Positions 1-12,480 of a DNA stretch of 64,000 nucleotides are shown piece after piece; position 1 is the stretch's first letter, and the number at the start of each line of letters is the position of its first letter. The stretch is taken from contig NC_043005.1 of the NCBI RefSeq assembly GCF_006345805.1, positions 23,932,001-23,996,000 on the forward strand. The letters run 5' to 3'. The notes below the pieces were generated by a model. That model was given only the letters and a program-made list of their open reading frames with translations. It made no database searches and was not told where the DNA came from. The translations under genes and the position numbers were made by a program. The DNA comes from Octopus sinensis (taxonomy: Eukaryota).

Positions 1-266
1 TTCTCTTTTCGACTTATCACTGTTCTCTACGACCCATTCAGGAAATGGAGTGTTTGTGGAAAGAGGTTGAACTGTTTGTCTTTTACAACCCACACGCTGA
101 TCCATGAATACGCCATAATCAGCTGAAGTAAACTGAAGATAGTATTCGACCGAATGAAATTGCAAAACAACAATGAAAGACGTCATTGAGAAAGAAAAGA
201 ACAACGAAAAAGACGAATAAAATAAGAAAAGAATTGAGAGAAATGAACACATATTCACCCATCCAC

Positions 267-310
<44 letters not shown>

Positions 311-929
311 TGTATATCAAGGTAAAATCGTGGCACAACAACGAAACAAAACATTGAATATACGACAAACTGTAGCATGCTGTACTTTTACGCTACGAGG
401 AAGAAGTAAGTTCTCAACATTTCGGACAAAAGAGAAAAGGATAGAGAAGAAAAGAAGATACTTTGTGAGGCACTGAGTAATGCAGATGGTGATACAATGT
501 GCATGCCTATGTTTTTTGCTTGTTTGTGCGTGTGTTTAGCGTGGTTGGTTGCCTGTGTGCAAATACGTGACTGCGGATGTTTATGTGGATGTATGAATGA
601 AAGCTTTTGACTAGGTAGATATATGTGCATATGTGCACAGAACCTCAAACACGCACACACCATTACGAAGGCACACAGTAAATGCTTTAAGTATCTCTCA
701 GTTTAATCAGTACTAGAAAGCACTTCTCTTTGCGGAAAAAAAGTTACTATTCTCTTGTCGTTTCCCTGGCAAACCTTTTTTTAGCTACATGGAGTAGGGA
801 TAGATGCTTTCAGGAAACAACTTCACCTCTCCCTCGCCAAGGTCCCAGATGAACCACGGCAAAGAAAATTCAAAAGAAGGCAGCAACATCGAACTCCCTA
901 CTGCATCAAAAGCTAATCACAAAAGAATG

Positions 930-1270
930 GCCATTGAATCTATGAGGAGATTCTGTCTTTGTATTGCACTGGTTTTTACAATGACTTACACTATATCCGA
1001 CGGTAACACAGACAATGACTTCAAAGAAAGGTTTAACAAGCATATGCATTGCATCGGTTCACGGAAGATCATGTTCCATCTCTCTGTTTCGATTCATTTG
1101 GAGGCTCTGGGATCAGGGAAATAATCTAGCCAATATAACATGGAACATTCTCGACTAGGCTTCTTGTTAGTCATCCTAGTGTCTATAAGAAAAAGCATAT
1201 ACTGGAACATCACACTACTCTGTAATAAGAAAACCCAGCAGCAATATAGTTGCCATGAATGGAGTTTTAT
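930..1270 (+). mobile_element. Degenerate Penelope-like element, GIY-YIG endonuclease/C-terminal fragment
   Basis: ORF 804-1124 contains GNTDNDFKERFNKH, resembling the PLE motif YIGxTExxFKxRxxxH. Downstream frames with stops read NITWNILD...CLxEK...NKK..CHE, matching the PLE C-terminal W..L..C.LCL.EK pattern. Confidence 0.55.
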
Positions 1271-1649
1271 GGAGTTTTCTGTTTGTTAACTTAAAAACAT
1301 CGACAGTTAATAACACCCTATTAATTATGAGTGGGGTGTTAGTTTTACCGGAAAATATCTAAGGAAAGAAAGAGACACAATTTCTGGTGATGCCTTCTGT
1401 CACCATCAGCTGCTGAGTTATTGATTCTATCGCGGGACTCTAAGTGGATATGACAACGAGCCTTAATTATCATTCAATGTCAATCGTACTTCTTTCAAAA
1501 GCCACAATTGCCTCATCAGTCATTATAGAATCGCCCAAACGTCACTTTTGCATCCGTGTAACTTAGTTACGCAAACCTGGGTTCTTTGTTAATACATATG
1601 TTTAACCTGCATAATAAGTGTTGAACGGTATTTTCCTTCGTCTACAAAT

Positions 1650-1651
1650 TT

Positions 1652-1725
<74 letters not shown>

Positions 1726-1741
1726 ACACACACACACACAT
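1650..1741. repeat. (CA)n microsatellite
   Basis: Direct reading. Confidence 0.95.
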
Positions 1742-2939
1742 GTAGTTGAGCTACAGCAAGCAACGTATTTTTGAAGAATATGACTGCCATAACACTTCAT
1801 ACGGCATTACTATCAAAATTGCACAACATCAGTTATATTGTGCAATATTGCTATACATTTGAAGGATGTTATCTTTTACAGATGTTGCGCTGCCAAACTC
1901 TTGCATTCAAAGTAGTTGTTTTATCGAACATAAATTATTGAAGTTTTAACTTCTATCCAAATTATATTCCCTTATTATTTTTATATTTTCTGGATTTAAA
2001 TACAAGCCATATATATCTATTGTGACCCGTGGCTTTAAAAATAGAATTGAAATACATTGTAGTTCAGCCAAGAATCGAAATCTGTTTGACTAGATAAGAA
2101 ATTTCAGTTTCACCAATGCTATATCCCTTTTAAAAAATCACTCATTTTCGGAAGTTAAATGAAAGGTACATATATCTATTGTGTCCCGTGATGTTAAGAA
2201 TGGAATTGAAAAAAAAAAAAGGTTTGACTGAGAATCGAAGCCTGTTTGGCTACATAAGGTTTAATAACTTGCTCTAAACTAACCGCCATATTTAAATCTC
2301 ATTGTTTTTACATCTGTTCAAGACTATAAATTGCCAAAGGAATAGTACGGGGTGGTTTCATTGAATCAGCCGAAGTCTATGCTTGCCATTGATTTCACAG
2401 ACCCTGGAATAGAATAATTAAAATTCTACTACATTGGGATTTGAACTCAAAACATACACAGTCAAAATATGTATTGTCATATGATAACTGAGTGATTTTC
2501 TACATCTGTCACATCATTGTGACAGTTTCTTCCTCCATCAAACAAGATTATCTGAACCCACAAAATAACAATAGTAATTTTCTTTTTCTTAATTTTATGG
2601 ATTAAATCCAACAACAAATCCACCGTAAAAAAAAACAAACTTAAAACATAGGCGAAAAAAAAATTATCAAAACATAAAGGCATACGCATGTCTATGCATG
2701 TGAATGCATGTGCGTGTGCGTGTGTGCGTGTGTACGTGTTTATACATACATCAACACACAGTCAAGCATACATATTTATATATCCACACACATATATCAA
2801 AATGGTGATATGTATGCGCACACACATAATTATGTATGCATGTGTATAAGATATATGTGTATAATTATGTATGCATGTGTATAAGATATATATTTATATG
2901 TGTATACATTTATACATGCATACATGTAAGAAAATATGA

Positions 2940-2963
2940 TTGTGTGTATATATATATATATAG

Positions 2964-2995
<32 letters not shown>

Positions 2996-3110
2996 GTAAA
3001 TATATATGTATATATATATATATATATATGTAAATATATATAGTATATATATGTATACATATATATGTAAATATATATATATATATATATATGTATACAT
3101 ATATATATAT

Positions 3111-3194
<84 letters not shown>

Positions 3195-3381
3195 ATATAT
3201 ATACATATATAATATATACATACATATATATATACATACATATATATATATGTAAATATATATATATATATATATGTATTATATATATATTATATATATT
3301 ATATATGCATATTTATGTATATATATGTATACATATATAATATATATATATATATGTATATATATATGTAATATATATATG

Positions 3382-3412
<31 letters not shown>

Positions 3413-3484
3413 TATATATATATATGTAAATATATATATATGTATATATATGTATACATTTATATATATATATATATTATATAT

Positions 3485-3519
<35 letters not shown>

Positions 3520-3581
3520 ACGTTTATATATATATATATTATATATATTATATAATATATATATATATATAATATATATTA
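2940..3581. repeat. Long imperfect (TA)n microsatellite
   Basis: Direct reading; source of spurious YI-repeat ORFs. Confidence 0.95.
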
Positions 3582-4067
3582 TGTGTGTGTGTGTATAAAT
3601 TTATATAATTATAAGCATGTCCTGTTTATCAACTAGCTTTCCACTCCTTTATAGACTAAGAAGACCTAAAACAGCTCCACACATTAATTATAACATAACG
3701 CGCAACAGTATTCTTTCTATAGCTATTCTAAACCAAGGTACGACAGATAATGCAACAATATGATATCCGTATAAAATTAATGACGATGTTATATGAACTG
3801 ATTAACTGAAAACAACGAAATCCGGTGTTTTCTAATTCATAGTGAAAGTTTTCTTCCCATAAGTCACTAATACAATGCTCTGTAGTATTAAACTAATAGA
3901 TGTATGTGTGGACAGGAAGAAAAAATTAATTTCTCGTGACAGAGAAATAAACGAATTTCTGGATTTCTCATAGATGTACATTGAATTACTATGTTACCAT
4001 GTTGAATTATACGTTTATGCACATACACGCGTGCGCATATATAACTATATTATATATATATATATTT

Positions 4068-4448
4068 GTAGGCGTGGCTGTGTGGTAAGAAGCTTGCTTC
4101 ACAACCACACAATTTCAGGTTCAATCCCACTGTGTAGCACCTTGGGCAAGTGTTTTCTACTATAGCCTCAGGCCGACCAAAGCCTTGTGAGTAGATTTGG
4201 TAGACGGAAACTGAAAGAAGTCCGTCGCATATATATATATGTAAATGTTTGTGCGTCTGTGTCTGTCGTCCACCATCGCTTGGCAACGGTTGATGGTGTG
4301 TTTACGTCACCGTCACCTAGCTGTTCGGCAAAAAGAGTCCGATAGAATAGTACTAGGCTTACAAAGAATAAGTTCTGGGTTTTAACTAAAGGCGGTGCTC
4401 CAGCATAGCCACAGTCAAATGACTGAAACAAGTAAAAGAATAAAAGAA
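4068..4448 (+). mobile_element. tRNA-type SINE, family A (copy in duplication unit 1)
   Basis: Head GTGGCTGTGTGGTAAG...GGTTCAATCCCACTG (A/B-box-like), internal microsatellite, tail GGCGGTGCTCCAGCAT...GAAACAAGTAAAAGA; many copies in window. Confidence 0.85.
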
Positions 4449-4476
4449 TATAATATATATATATATATATATATAG

Positions 4477-4544
<68 letters not shown>

Positions 4545-4554
4545 TTTGTATACA

Positions 4555-4960
4555 TCATCATCATCATCATCACTACCGTTATTAGTTAATCAACGAGGGT
4601 GTTTTCCTGACTGGCATGGGTTTGACCGGAGCTGGTAAGCCGGAAAGCCTGTTCCAGGCCCCGGTCGTCTGTTTTGGTTTGGTTTCTACGGTTGGATCTC
4701 CTTCTGGAAGTCAACCATTTTACAGAGTTTTTTGAGTCTCTTTTACGTGTCACTGGCACGGGTACACGTTTAAGTGTCACCGGCACGGGTGCCTTTTTTT
4801 GTGTCACCAGCACTGGCCGCGACTACGATTTCGCTTAGTTTGACATGTCTTCTCAAGCACAGAAAATCACCAAAAGTCTCGGTCACTTGCCATCACTTCC
4901 GTGAGGCTTAACAACCGAAGATCATATTTAACCACCTCGACCCACATCTTCCTGGGTCTA
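4555..4960 (-). mobile_element. RTE-like LINE 3' end with (GAT)n tail (second copy ~6000-6404)
   Basis: Continues, via 7837-8030, into RRLRWYGHGIRMDEDSCEK; (CAT)n on + strand at ~4552-4572 is the tail. Confidence 0.7.
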
Positions 4961-5513
4961 TTCAAGGCTATAGTAGAAGACACTTGTCCAAGGTGCTCTG
5001 CAGTGGGACTGAACCCGGAACCATTTTTTGTGTGTGTGTGTATAAATTTATATAATTATAAGCATGTCCTGTTTATCAACTAGCTTTCCACTCCTTTATA
5101 GACTAAGAAAGACCTAAAACAGCTCCACACATTAATTATAACAACGCGCAACAGTATTCTTTCTATAGCTATTCTAAACCAAGGTACGACAGATAATGCA
5201 ACAATATGATATCCGTATAAAATTAATGACGATGTTATATGAACTGATTAACTGAAAACAACGAAATCCGGTGTTTTCTAATTCATAGTGAAAGTTTTCT
5301 TCCCATAAGTCACTAATACAATGCTCTGTAGTATTAAACTAATAGATGTATGTGTGGACAGGAAGAAAAAATTAATTTCTCGTGACAGAGAAATAAACGA
5401 ATTTCTGGATTTCTCATAGATGTACATTGAATTACTATGTTACCATGTTGAATTATACGTTTATGCACATACACGCGTGCGCATATATAACTATATTATA
5501 TATATATATATTT

Positions 5514-5905
5514 GTAGGCGTGGCTGTGTGGTAAGAAGCTTGCTTCACAACCACACAATTTCAGGTTCAATCCCACTGTGTAGCACCTTGGGCAAGTGTT
5601 TTCTACTATAGCCTCAGGCCGACCAAAGCCTTGTGAGTAGATTTGGTAGACGGAAACTGAAAGAAGTCCGTCGCATATATATATATATGTAAATGTTTGT
5701 GCGTCTGTGTCTGTCGTCCACCATCTCTTGGCAACGGTTGATGGTGTGTTTACGTCACCGTCACCTAGCTGTTCGGCAAAAAGAGTCCGATAGAATAAGT
5801 ACTAGGCTTACAAAGAATAAGTTCTGGGTTTTAACTAAAGGCGGTGCTCCAGCATAGCCACAGTCAAATGACTGAAACAAGTAAAAGAATAAAAGAATAA
5901 AAGAA
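5514..5905 (+). mobile_element. tRNA-type SINE, family A (copy in duplication unit 2)
   Basis: Near-identical to 4068-4448. Confidence 0.85.
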
Positions 5906-5950
5906 TATATATATATATATTATATATATATATATATAATATATATATAA

Positions 5951-5983
<33 letters not shown>

Positions 5984-7205
5984 GCATTTGTATACATCAT
6001 CATCATCATCATCACTACCGTTATTAGTTAATCAACGAGGGTGTTTTCCTGACTGGCATGGGTTTGACCGGAGCTGGTAAGCCGGAAAGCCTGTTCCAGG
6101 CCCCGGTCGTCTGTTTTGGTTTGGTTTCTACGGTTGGATCTCCTTCTGGAAGTCAACCATTTTACAGAGTTTTTTGAGTCTCTTTTACGTGTCACTGGCA
6201 CGGGTACACGTTTAAGTGTCACCGGCACGGGTGCCTTTTTTTTTGTGTCACCAGCACTGGCCGCGACTACGATTTCGCTTAGTTTGACATGTCTTCTCAA
6301 GCACAGAAAATCACCAAAAGTCTCGGTCACTTGCCATCACTTCCGTGAGGCTTAACAACCGAAGATCATATTTAACCACCTCGACCCACATCTTCCTGGG
6401 TCTATTCAAGGCTATAGTAGAAGACACTTGTCCAAGGTACTCTGCAGTGGGACTGAACCCGGAACCATGTGGTTGGTAAGCAAGCTACTTACCACACAGT
6501 CACATTTTGTTTTTCATTTAACCCACTAATATATTTAACGCTTAATCAACAAGTGTCGTCAATGAGATGGTATAATATGGATGTAAATAGTAGCTTAAGG
6601 CGATATAGACACACATCGAAATTTAAATTTGATGTGATTATCATTTTTTGTTTTTCTTAAATTGAATAATAGAGAATAAATGTGAAATTAATAGACACCA
6701 ATATTTTTATGGAATTTATTAGGGTAATGGTAGGAATAGGCTACGTTTCGAAACGAGTTTTATATATTTATCTATTATAAATTTTCTTCAGAAATTGTTT
6801 TCATTCAAAATCATTATTTTTTAAATATTCATAGAAATAAATTCCATCAATATAAAATAATTTCAAACAATAAATATTTAAAATTTCGTTATTTGATAAC
6901 TTTTACACATTTTATTTTCATTAAGTTTTTTTTAATATTTTTTAAAATTACCTGCTTCTACTATTAATCATTTATTACGAACTGAAGCACTTATTTCACT
7001 AATAATATATGGAGGTGGGGTCACATAAGGTTAAAGATTCTAAGAAGGTTCCCTGAACGTATTAGAAATATAAGTACACATCGACAGTCACTAAATTGTG
7101 TGATTACATGAAATTAATTTTAGCTTGGTAAGCCTCAGCACATACGCTATTTCTAATATATAGGAAGAGGAGTTCCAGCTTATCTCCAAATGACCGGACC
7201 GGTGT

Positions 7206-7251
7206 CTGCCACCGAGGAGAAAATATCATGCCGAAACACCGTGTCTGGTAG
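7206..7251 (+). ncRNA. Minimal type I hammerhead ribozyme motif, variant CCGANGA core, weak stem II
   Basis: CTGCCA-CCGAGGA-GAAAATATCATGCC-GAAA-CACCGT-GTC-TGGTAG: 6-bp stem I (one GU), near-palindromic stem III, GUC site. Confidence 0.6.
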
Positions 7252-7534
7252 TCCACTCAATTAGATGTGTATGCAGAGCAAATTTTTTTCCGAAACAAAA
7301 TACCACATCAAAATTATTTCTAATTCTTGTTTAGAAGGATCTGTCCAAAATTAAAAGTACAATCATCGTTGTTTGAATAAGCATATATATGAATATGGCC
7401 TACTCTTACCTAGCCAATGAGGTGACATCGCTCGAAAACTAAAACAATTCGAGAAAGTGCATGTCGAGCAGAGGTGTACAACATCCGATAGTCTAGACGA
7501 TGAAAACATCCAGTGACATATATATTTACACACA

Positions 7535-7572
<38 letters not shown>

Positions 7573-8092
7573 TGTATATACACAGACATATATATGTTTA
7601 TATACACATATACAAATACATATGTTGGTGTTTGTGTTAAGAAGTTCCCAGGGAGACGACTGCGCTGGTATGGTCATGGGATTCGTATGGATGAAGACAG
7701 TTGCGAAAAAGATCTCTAAATGTGGTGGATACTGAGGGAGAGATAGACCCAGGAAGATGTGGGTCGAGGTGGTTAATATGATCTTCGGTCGTTAAGCCCC
7801 ACGGAAGTGATGGCAAGTGACCGAGACTTTTGGTGACTCGGTCACTTGCCATCACTTCCGTGGGGCTTAACGACCGAAGATCATATTTAACCACCTCGAC
7901 CCACATCTTCCTGGGTCTATCTCTCCCTCAGTATCCACCACATTTAGAGATCTTTTTACGCAACTGTCTTCATCCATACGAATCCCATGACCATACCAGC
8001 GCAGTCGTCTCCCTGGGAACTTCTTAACACAAAACACCAACATATGTATTTGTATATGTGTATATAAACATATATATGTCTGTGTATATACA

Positions 8093-8140
<48 letters not shown>

Positions 8141-8417
8141 AAATATATATGTCACTGGATGTTTTCATCGTCTAGACTATCGGATGTTGTACACCTCTGC
8201 TCGACATGCACTTTCTCGAATTGTTTTAGTTTTCGAGCGATGTCACCTCATTGGCTAGGTAAGAGTAGGCCATATTCATATATATGCTTATTCAAACAAC
8301 GATGATTGTACTTTTAATTTTGGACAGATCCTTCTAAACAAGAATTAGAAATAATTTTGATGTGGTATTTTGTTTCGGAAAAAAATTTGCTCTGCATACA
8401 CATCTAAATTGAGTGGA

Positions 8418-8463
8418 CTACCAGACACGGTGTTTCGGCATGATATTTTCTCCTCGGTGGCAG
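8418..8463 (-). ncRNA. Inverted copy of the 7206-7251 hammerhead motif
   Basis: Reverse complement within the foldback arm. Confidence 0.6.
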
Positions 8464-9173
8464 ACACCGGTCCGGTCATTTGGAGATAAGCTGGAACTCC
8501 TCTTCCTATATATTAGAAATAGCGTATGTGCTGAGGCTTACCAAGCTAAAATTAATTTCATGTAATCACACAATTTAGTGACTGTCGATGTGTACTTATA
8601 TTTCTAATACGTTCCCAGGGAACCTTCTTAGAATCTTTAACCTTTATGTGACCCCACCTCCATATATTATTAGTGAAATAAGTGCTTCAGTTCGTAATAA
8701 ATGATTAATAGTAGAAGCAGGTAAATTTTAAAAAATATTAAAAAAAACTTTAATGAAAATAAAATGTGTAAAAGTTATCAAATAACGAAATTTTAAATAT
8801 TTATTGTTTGAAATTATTTTATATTGATGGAATTTATTTCTATGAATATTTAAAAAATAGTGATTTTGAATGAAAACAATTTCTGAAGAAAATTTATAAT
8901 AGATAAATATATAAAACTCGTTTCGAAACGTAGCCTATTTCCTACCATTACCCTAATAAATTCCATAAAAATATTGGTGTCTATTAATTTCACATTTATT
9001 CTCTATTATTCAATTTAAGAAAAACAAAAAATGATAACCACATCAAATTTAAATTTCGATGTGTTGTCTATATCGCCTTAAGCTACTATTTACATCCATA
9101 TTATACCATCTCATTGACGACACTTGTTGATTAAGCGTTAAAATATATTAGTGGGTTAAATGAAAAACAAAAT

Positions 9174-9341
9174 GTGACTGTGTGGTAAGTAGCTTGCTTA
9201 CCAACCACATGGTTCCGGGTTCAGTCCCACTGCGGAGCACCTTGGACAAGTGTCTTCTACTATAGCCTTGGGCCGACCAAAACCTTGTGAGTGGATTTGG
9301 TAGACGGAAACTGAAAGAAGCCCGTCGTATATATGTATGTG

Positions 9342-9382
<41 letters not shown>

Positions 9383-9590
9383 ATGTTTGTGTATCTGTGT
9401 TTGTCCCCCAACATCGCTTGACAACTGATGCTGGTGTGTTTACGTTCCCGTAACTTAGCGGTTAGGCAAAAGAGCCCGATAGAATAAGTACTAGGCTTAC
9501 AAAGAATAAGTCCTGGGGTCGATTTGCTCGACTAAAGGCGGTGCTCCAGTATGGCCACAGTCAAATGACAAACAAGTAAGAGAATAACAG
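9174..9590 (+). mobile_element. tRNA-type SINE, family A, full length
   Basis: Complete head, internal microsatellite and tail; its 5' part is also inverted at 6407-6500. Confidence 0.85.
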
Positions 9591-11104
9591 AGTATATTAC
9601 CTTTTTATTGTATTTATTCAATATAATCCTTCTGACTGATGCAGTTTCTCAAACATTTCAATATCAGAGTTGTTAGACACTTTTAAAACTTGACTCAACC
9701 AAGTAAGAAGTTAAGAAGGTAATGAAATATAATTTTACTTTCTGAAATGGTAATGGTAATTTCACTCCTTATCGAGCCATAATTAAATTTAGCTTGAACA
9801 CTTTGATTATTCTGCAACTCATTATGACTTCCTCTTAGTCTGATATCAACATCAGCTTGTCTCAAATGAGCCTACCACCCAACTTGTATTGTTCATTGCC
9901 AGGAAATAGTTAAACTTCATCTCCATATCTTATGCAATTTCTTCAAGTTCTCGATTTTCACTGAACTATCACCCGCTTCTACCGCTTCCACAATAGTTGC
10001 AAAGTGAAAAATACATTAATTTCTTATGCTTAATATTTATCCTAAATAGATTAGTTTTCAAAGAAAGCACTTGTAGACACTTTGTTAATTAAAAGATTCA
10101 TACTTTTACATTGTAGCTGTTTGTACAGAAAATTTAGTTTCTCAGACATAACCAAAAGGTAGAATATGTCACCTTTGGCAACTAGGATTTATTCTCATTG
10201 TTTCTTAACATTTAGAAACATTGTGACACTATACCGAAGTTCAACGTAGTGACGTGGACATTTAACCTTCGAGATGTATGGATGTACGAATATCAAAGCA
10301 GTAATATAATATTTAATTCATACAAGACTTTCTAATGCTAACTTGATACCGTATTCATCAAGGAAAAATTATTATCGAAGTGTCAAATGGATTCTTTCTT
10401 TTCTGTCATGGTGAAATTAGAAAATACATTGTGTATGTGTGTGTGTGTGTGTCTTTTTGAGTAAATTTGAAGAGTTAGGGGACAGTGACAATGTTTTGCG
10501 ATCTCATTCGTGCAAAAACCAGGTAACCGATCCTATGAGACACTAATATTCATAATAATGAGGGTGGTGATGACATGTTTCCACCGCAAATTTGCGTTCT
10601 ATGGAGGGAAGAAATGAGCAAGTCAGCAGCTATTGTCGTTCTTTTCATTTGATTCTACCTTAACTCTTTTTTCTTTTAAAACGTTGTCTAATCAGCAGAT
10701 GTGTTGACGATTGCAACTGTCGCCTTTTCTCAAAATCAAACCAAAGAAAGGAATCACGAGTTTTGGTTCGGAGCAAAATAGTCGTTTCCTGGCAACAATA
10801 AGTATTTATACATATTTATCCAATGTAATGTTTCCTAAGATCTTTAAATCTGTTGCACATTTTATCATGTAGATGAATGTCGGAGCAGTTCAGCCCTTTT
10901 GTGATAATTATGTCTCATAATTACAGGAACTAGAGTGATTCATATTCAAAACATGTATCTAATGTGGCCATCGTTATTCAAAATGATTTAGAGGATATTT
11001 GGCTGTTATTTCTAACGCGTTGATAAACTGCAGAGAGATTGCTATTGTTGGTGCAGTTGTTATTTAGTGCTAAGGTATGTCTGATCAAATCGGCCTAAAA
11101 CTAA

Positions 11105-12000
11105 TGTGACGTAGATTCGTCTTTTCGTTCCAGATTTTCAACCAGAATGATTCAAGATCTTCTTGAGAGGGGGTTTTCTTAATGGTAATAGTTTCCTTCC
11201 TCATCTTTCTATATACTGTCAGTGGCTTAGAAGCAAACTTGTGATTTATACAGACTTGTTCAAAAATTCGTTGGCGGTAGCCCTGAGTTCGTGTTTTAGA
11301 GTATTTAATCTCACCTCAACAACTTGTTGTGAAGAGTCACCATATAATTTTGTTAATTTGTTTACAAGATGAGACCGATGAGGTATAAGCTCATTGTTCC
11401 TCTTACACTTTGTTATCATTGTTAGCCATCCAGTATGGCGGCGTAGATTGTTGATGTTTTCTTCACGTTTTGTCTTCCATCTAGGGTGTTTCGGTTCAGT
11501 ATTTTCATTACCATATATAATGCAGAAATCTCCTAGGTGTTCTTTAAGAGTTACAACAGCTGTGTATATGAGGGTATTAATACTCCTCTAATTAACATCC
11601 TATTATTCAATGCATTTTCTAGCGACATCGTTGATAACTTTCAACATTAGAGTTGCTGGAGATTTTCTTAATCTTGTTAAGAATGATCTCTTACTTAACG
11701 GTAGTTTTGAAAAAGTAGAAAAGTTTTATATGAACTGTGGTTCCAGGATATTTCTCAGTTGAATATATTCTACAGTTGTCTCTGTTGATTCGGCTGCATT
11801 TGGTGAGAGACGAGTATTTGGTGATGACGACAGTTTGTTTACATTATTTTCGATCTCTCTTTTGGCAGGTTTTGGCCAGTTCTCTGTGTTTCGGGAAGAT
11901 CGATTTGCATAACGAGAAGAAGTCAGTTTTCTCTTTAAAAAAGATGCTTGTTGTCGAAGTTATTTTGTAGTCAAGGTGCCTAAGTTGGGGTAAGATTAAT
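11105..12000 (-). mobile_element. R4/Dong-type LINE, decayed N-terminal (pre-RT) region
   Basis: Minus strand reads INTLIYTAVVT...HPRWKTKREENINNLRRHTGWL...LTKLYG...LNTLKHELRA...EDLESFWLKIW, with stops and frameshifts. Confidence 0.6.
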
Positions 12001-12416
12001 TCCAGTATTTGTGTTTAGCTGCTTCATATATCCGGCAGATGGGTCTTCACGGGACTTTTCATAGCACTGAAGTAGTTCTTGGTTTAGGTGTGGAGGTCAA
12101 GTAAGATGAGAATAGTACTTACATCTTAAATAGCTTACTAGTACTGTAGTGATGTTTTCGTTGGTGGTGTTGATATTAAATCCAGCTATGATCGTGTTAG
12201 TGAAATTCCATGTGGTATAAGGTATGTTTTTAAAATCTGGTCTGAATAATGCTACGTTGATAGGTAAAAAGTATTTCTCTTATATATGATGGGAGAAATA
12301 AACCAGTTACTGATTTAGGCTGGAGGAGGCAGCATAAATATAGAAGAGAGAATGTTGAAAAATGTATTTTTAACGGTCATCTACGCCTGCACGTTTGATG
12401 TTGACGGCGCCAACTT

Positions 12417-12480
12417 GTATGTATGTATGTATGTATGTATGTATGTATGTATGTATGTATGTATGTATGTATGTATGTAC
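12417..12480. repeat. (ATGT)n microsatellite
   Basis: Direct reading. Confidence 0.95.

Larger units (their letters stand above)
3582..6468 (+). repeat. Tandem segmental duplication, two ~1446-bp copies (3582-5024 and 5029-6468)
   Basis: Identical 63-aa ORFs at 3974 and 5420 (offset 1446); copies differ mainly by 1-bp indels and microsatellite length. Confidence 0.95.
6407..9270. repeat. Large foldback palindrome: arms 6407-7825 and 7837-9270, 11-nt spacer
   Basis: Centre ...GTGACCGAG-ACTTTTGGTGA-CTCGGTCAC...; arms are reverse-complementary out to CAAGGCTATAGTAG / CTACTATAGCCTTG. Confidence 0.95.

Noticed and set aside
1-190. Minus-strand reading MAYSWISVWVVKDKQFNLFPQTLHFLNG as a possible first coding exon
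   Set aside because: Short, no recognisable homology, no clear splice context
2830-3212. Many ORFs rich in YI/CV/HT repeats here and across the window (e.g. 21872-24131, 55499-56823)
   Set aside because: They are translations of (TA)n, (TG)n and (ATCT)n microsatellites, not proteins
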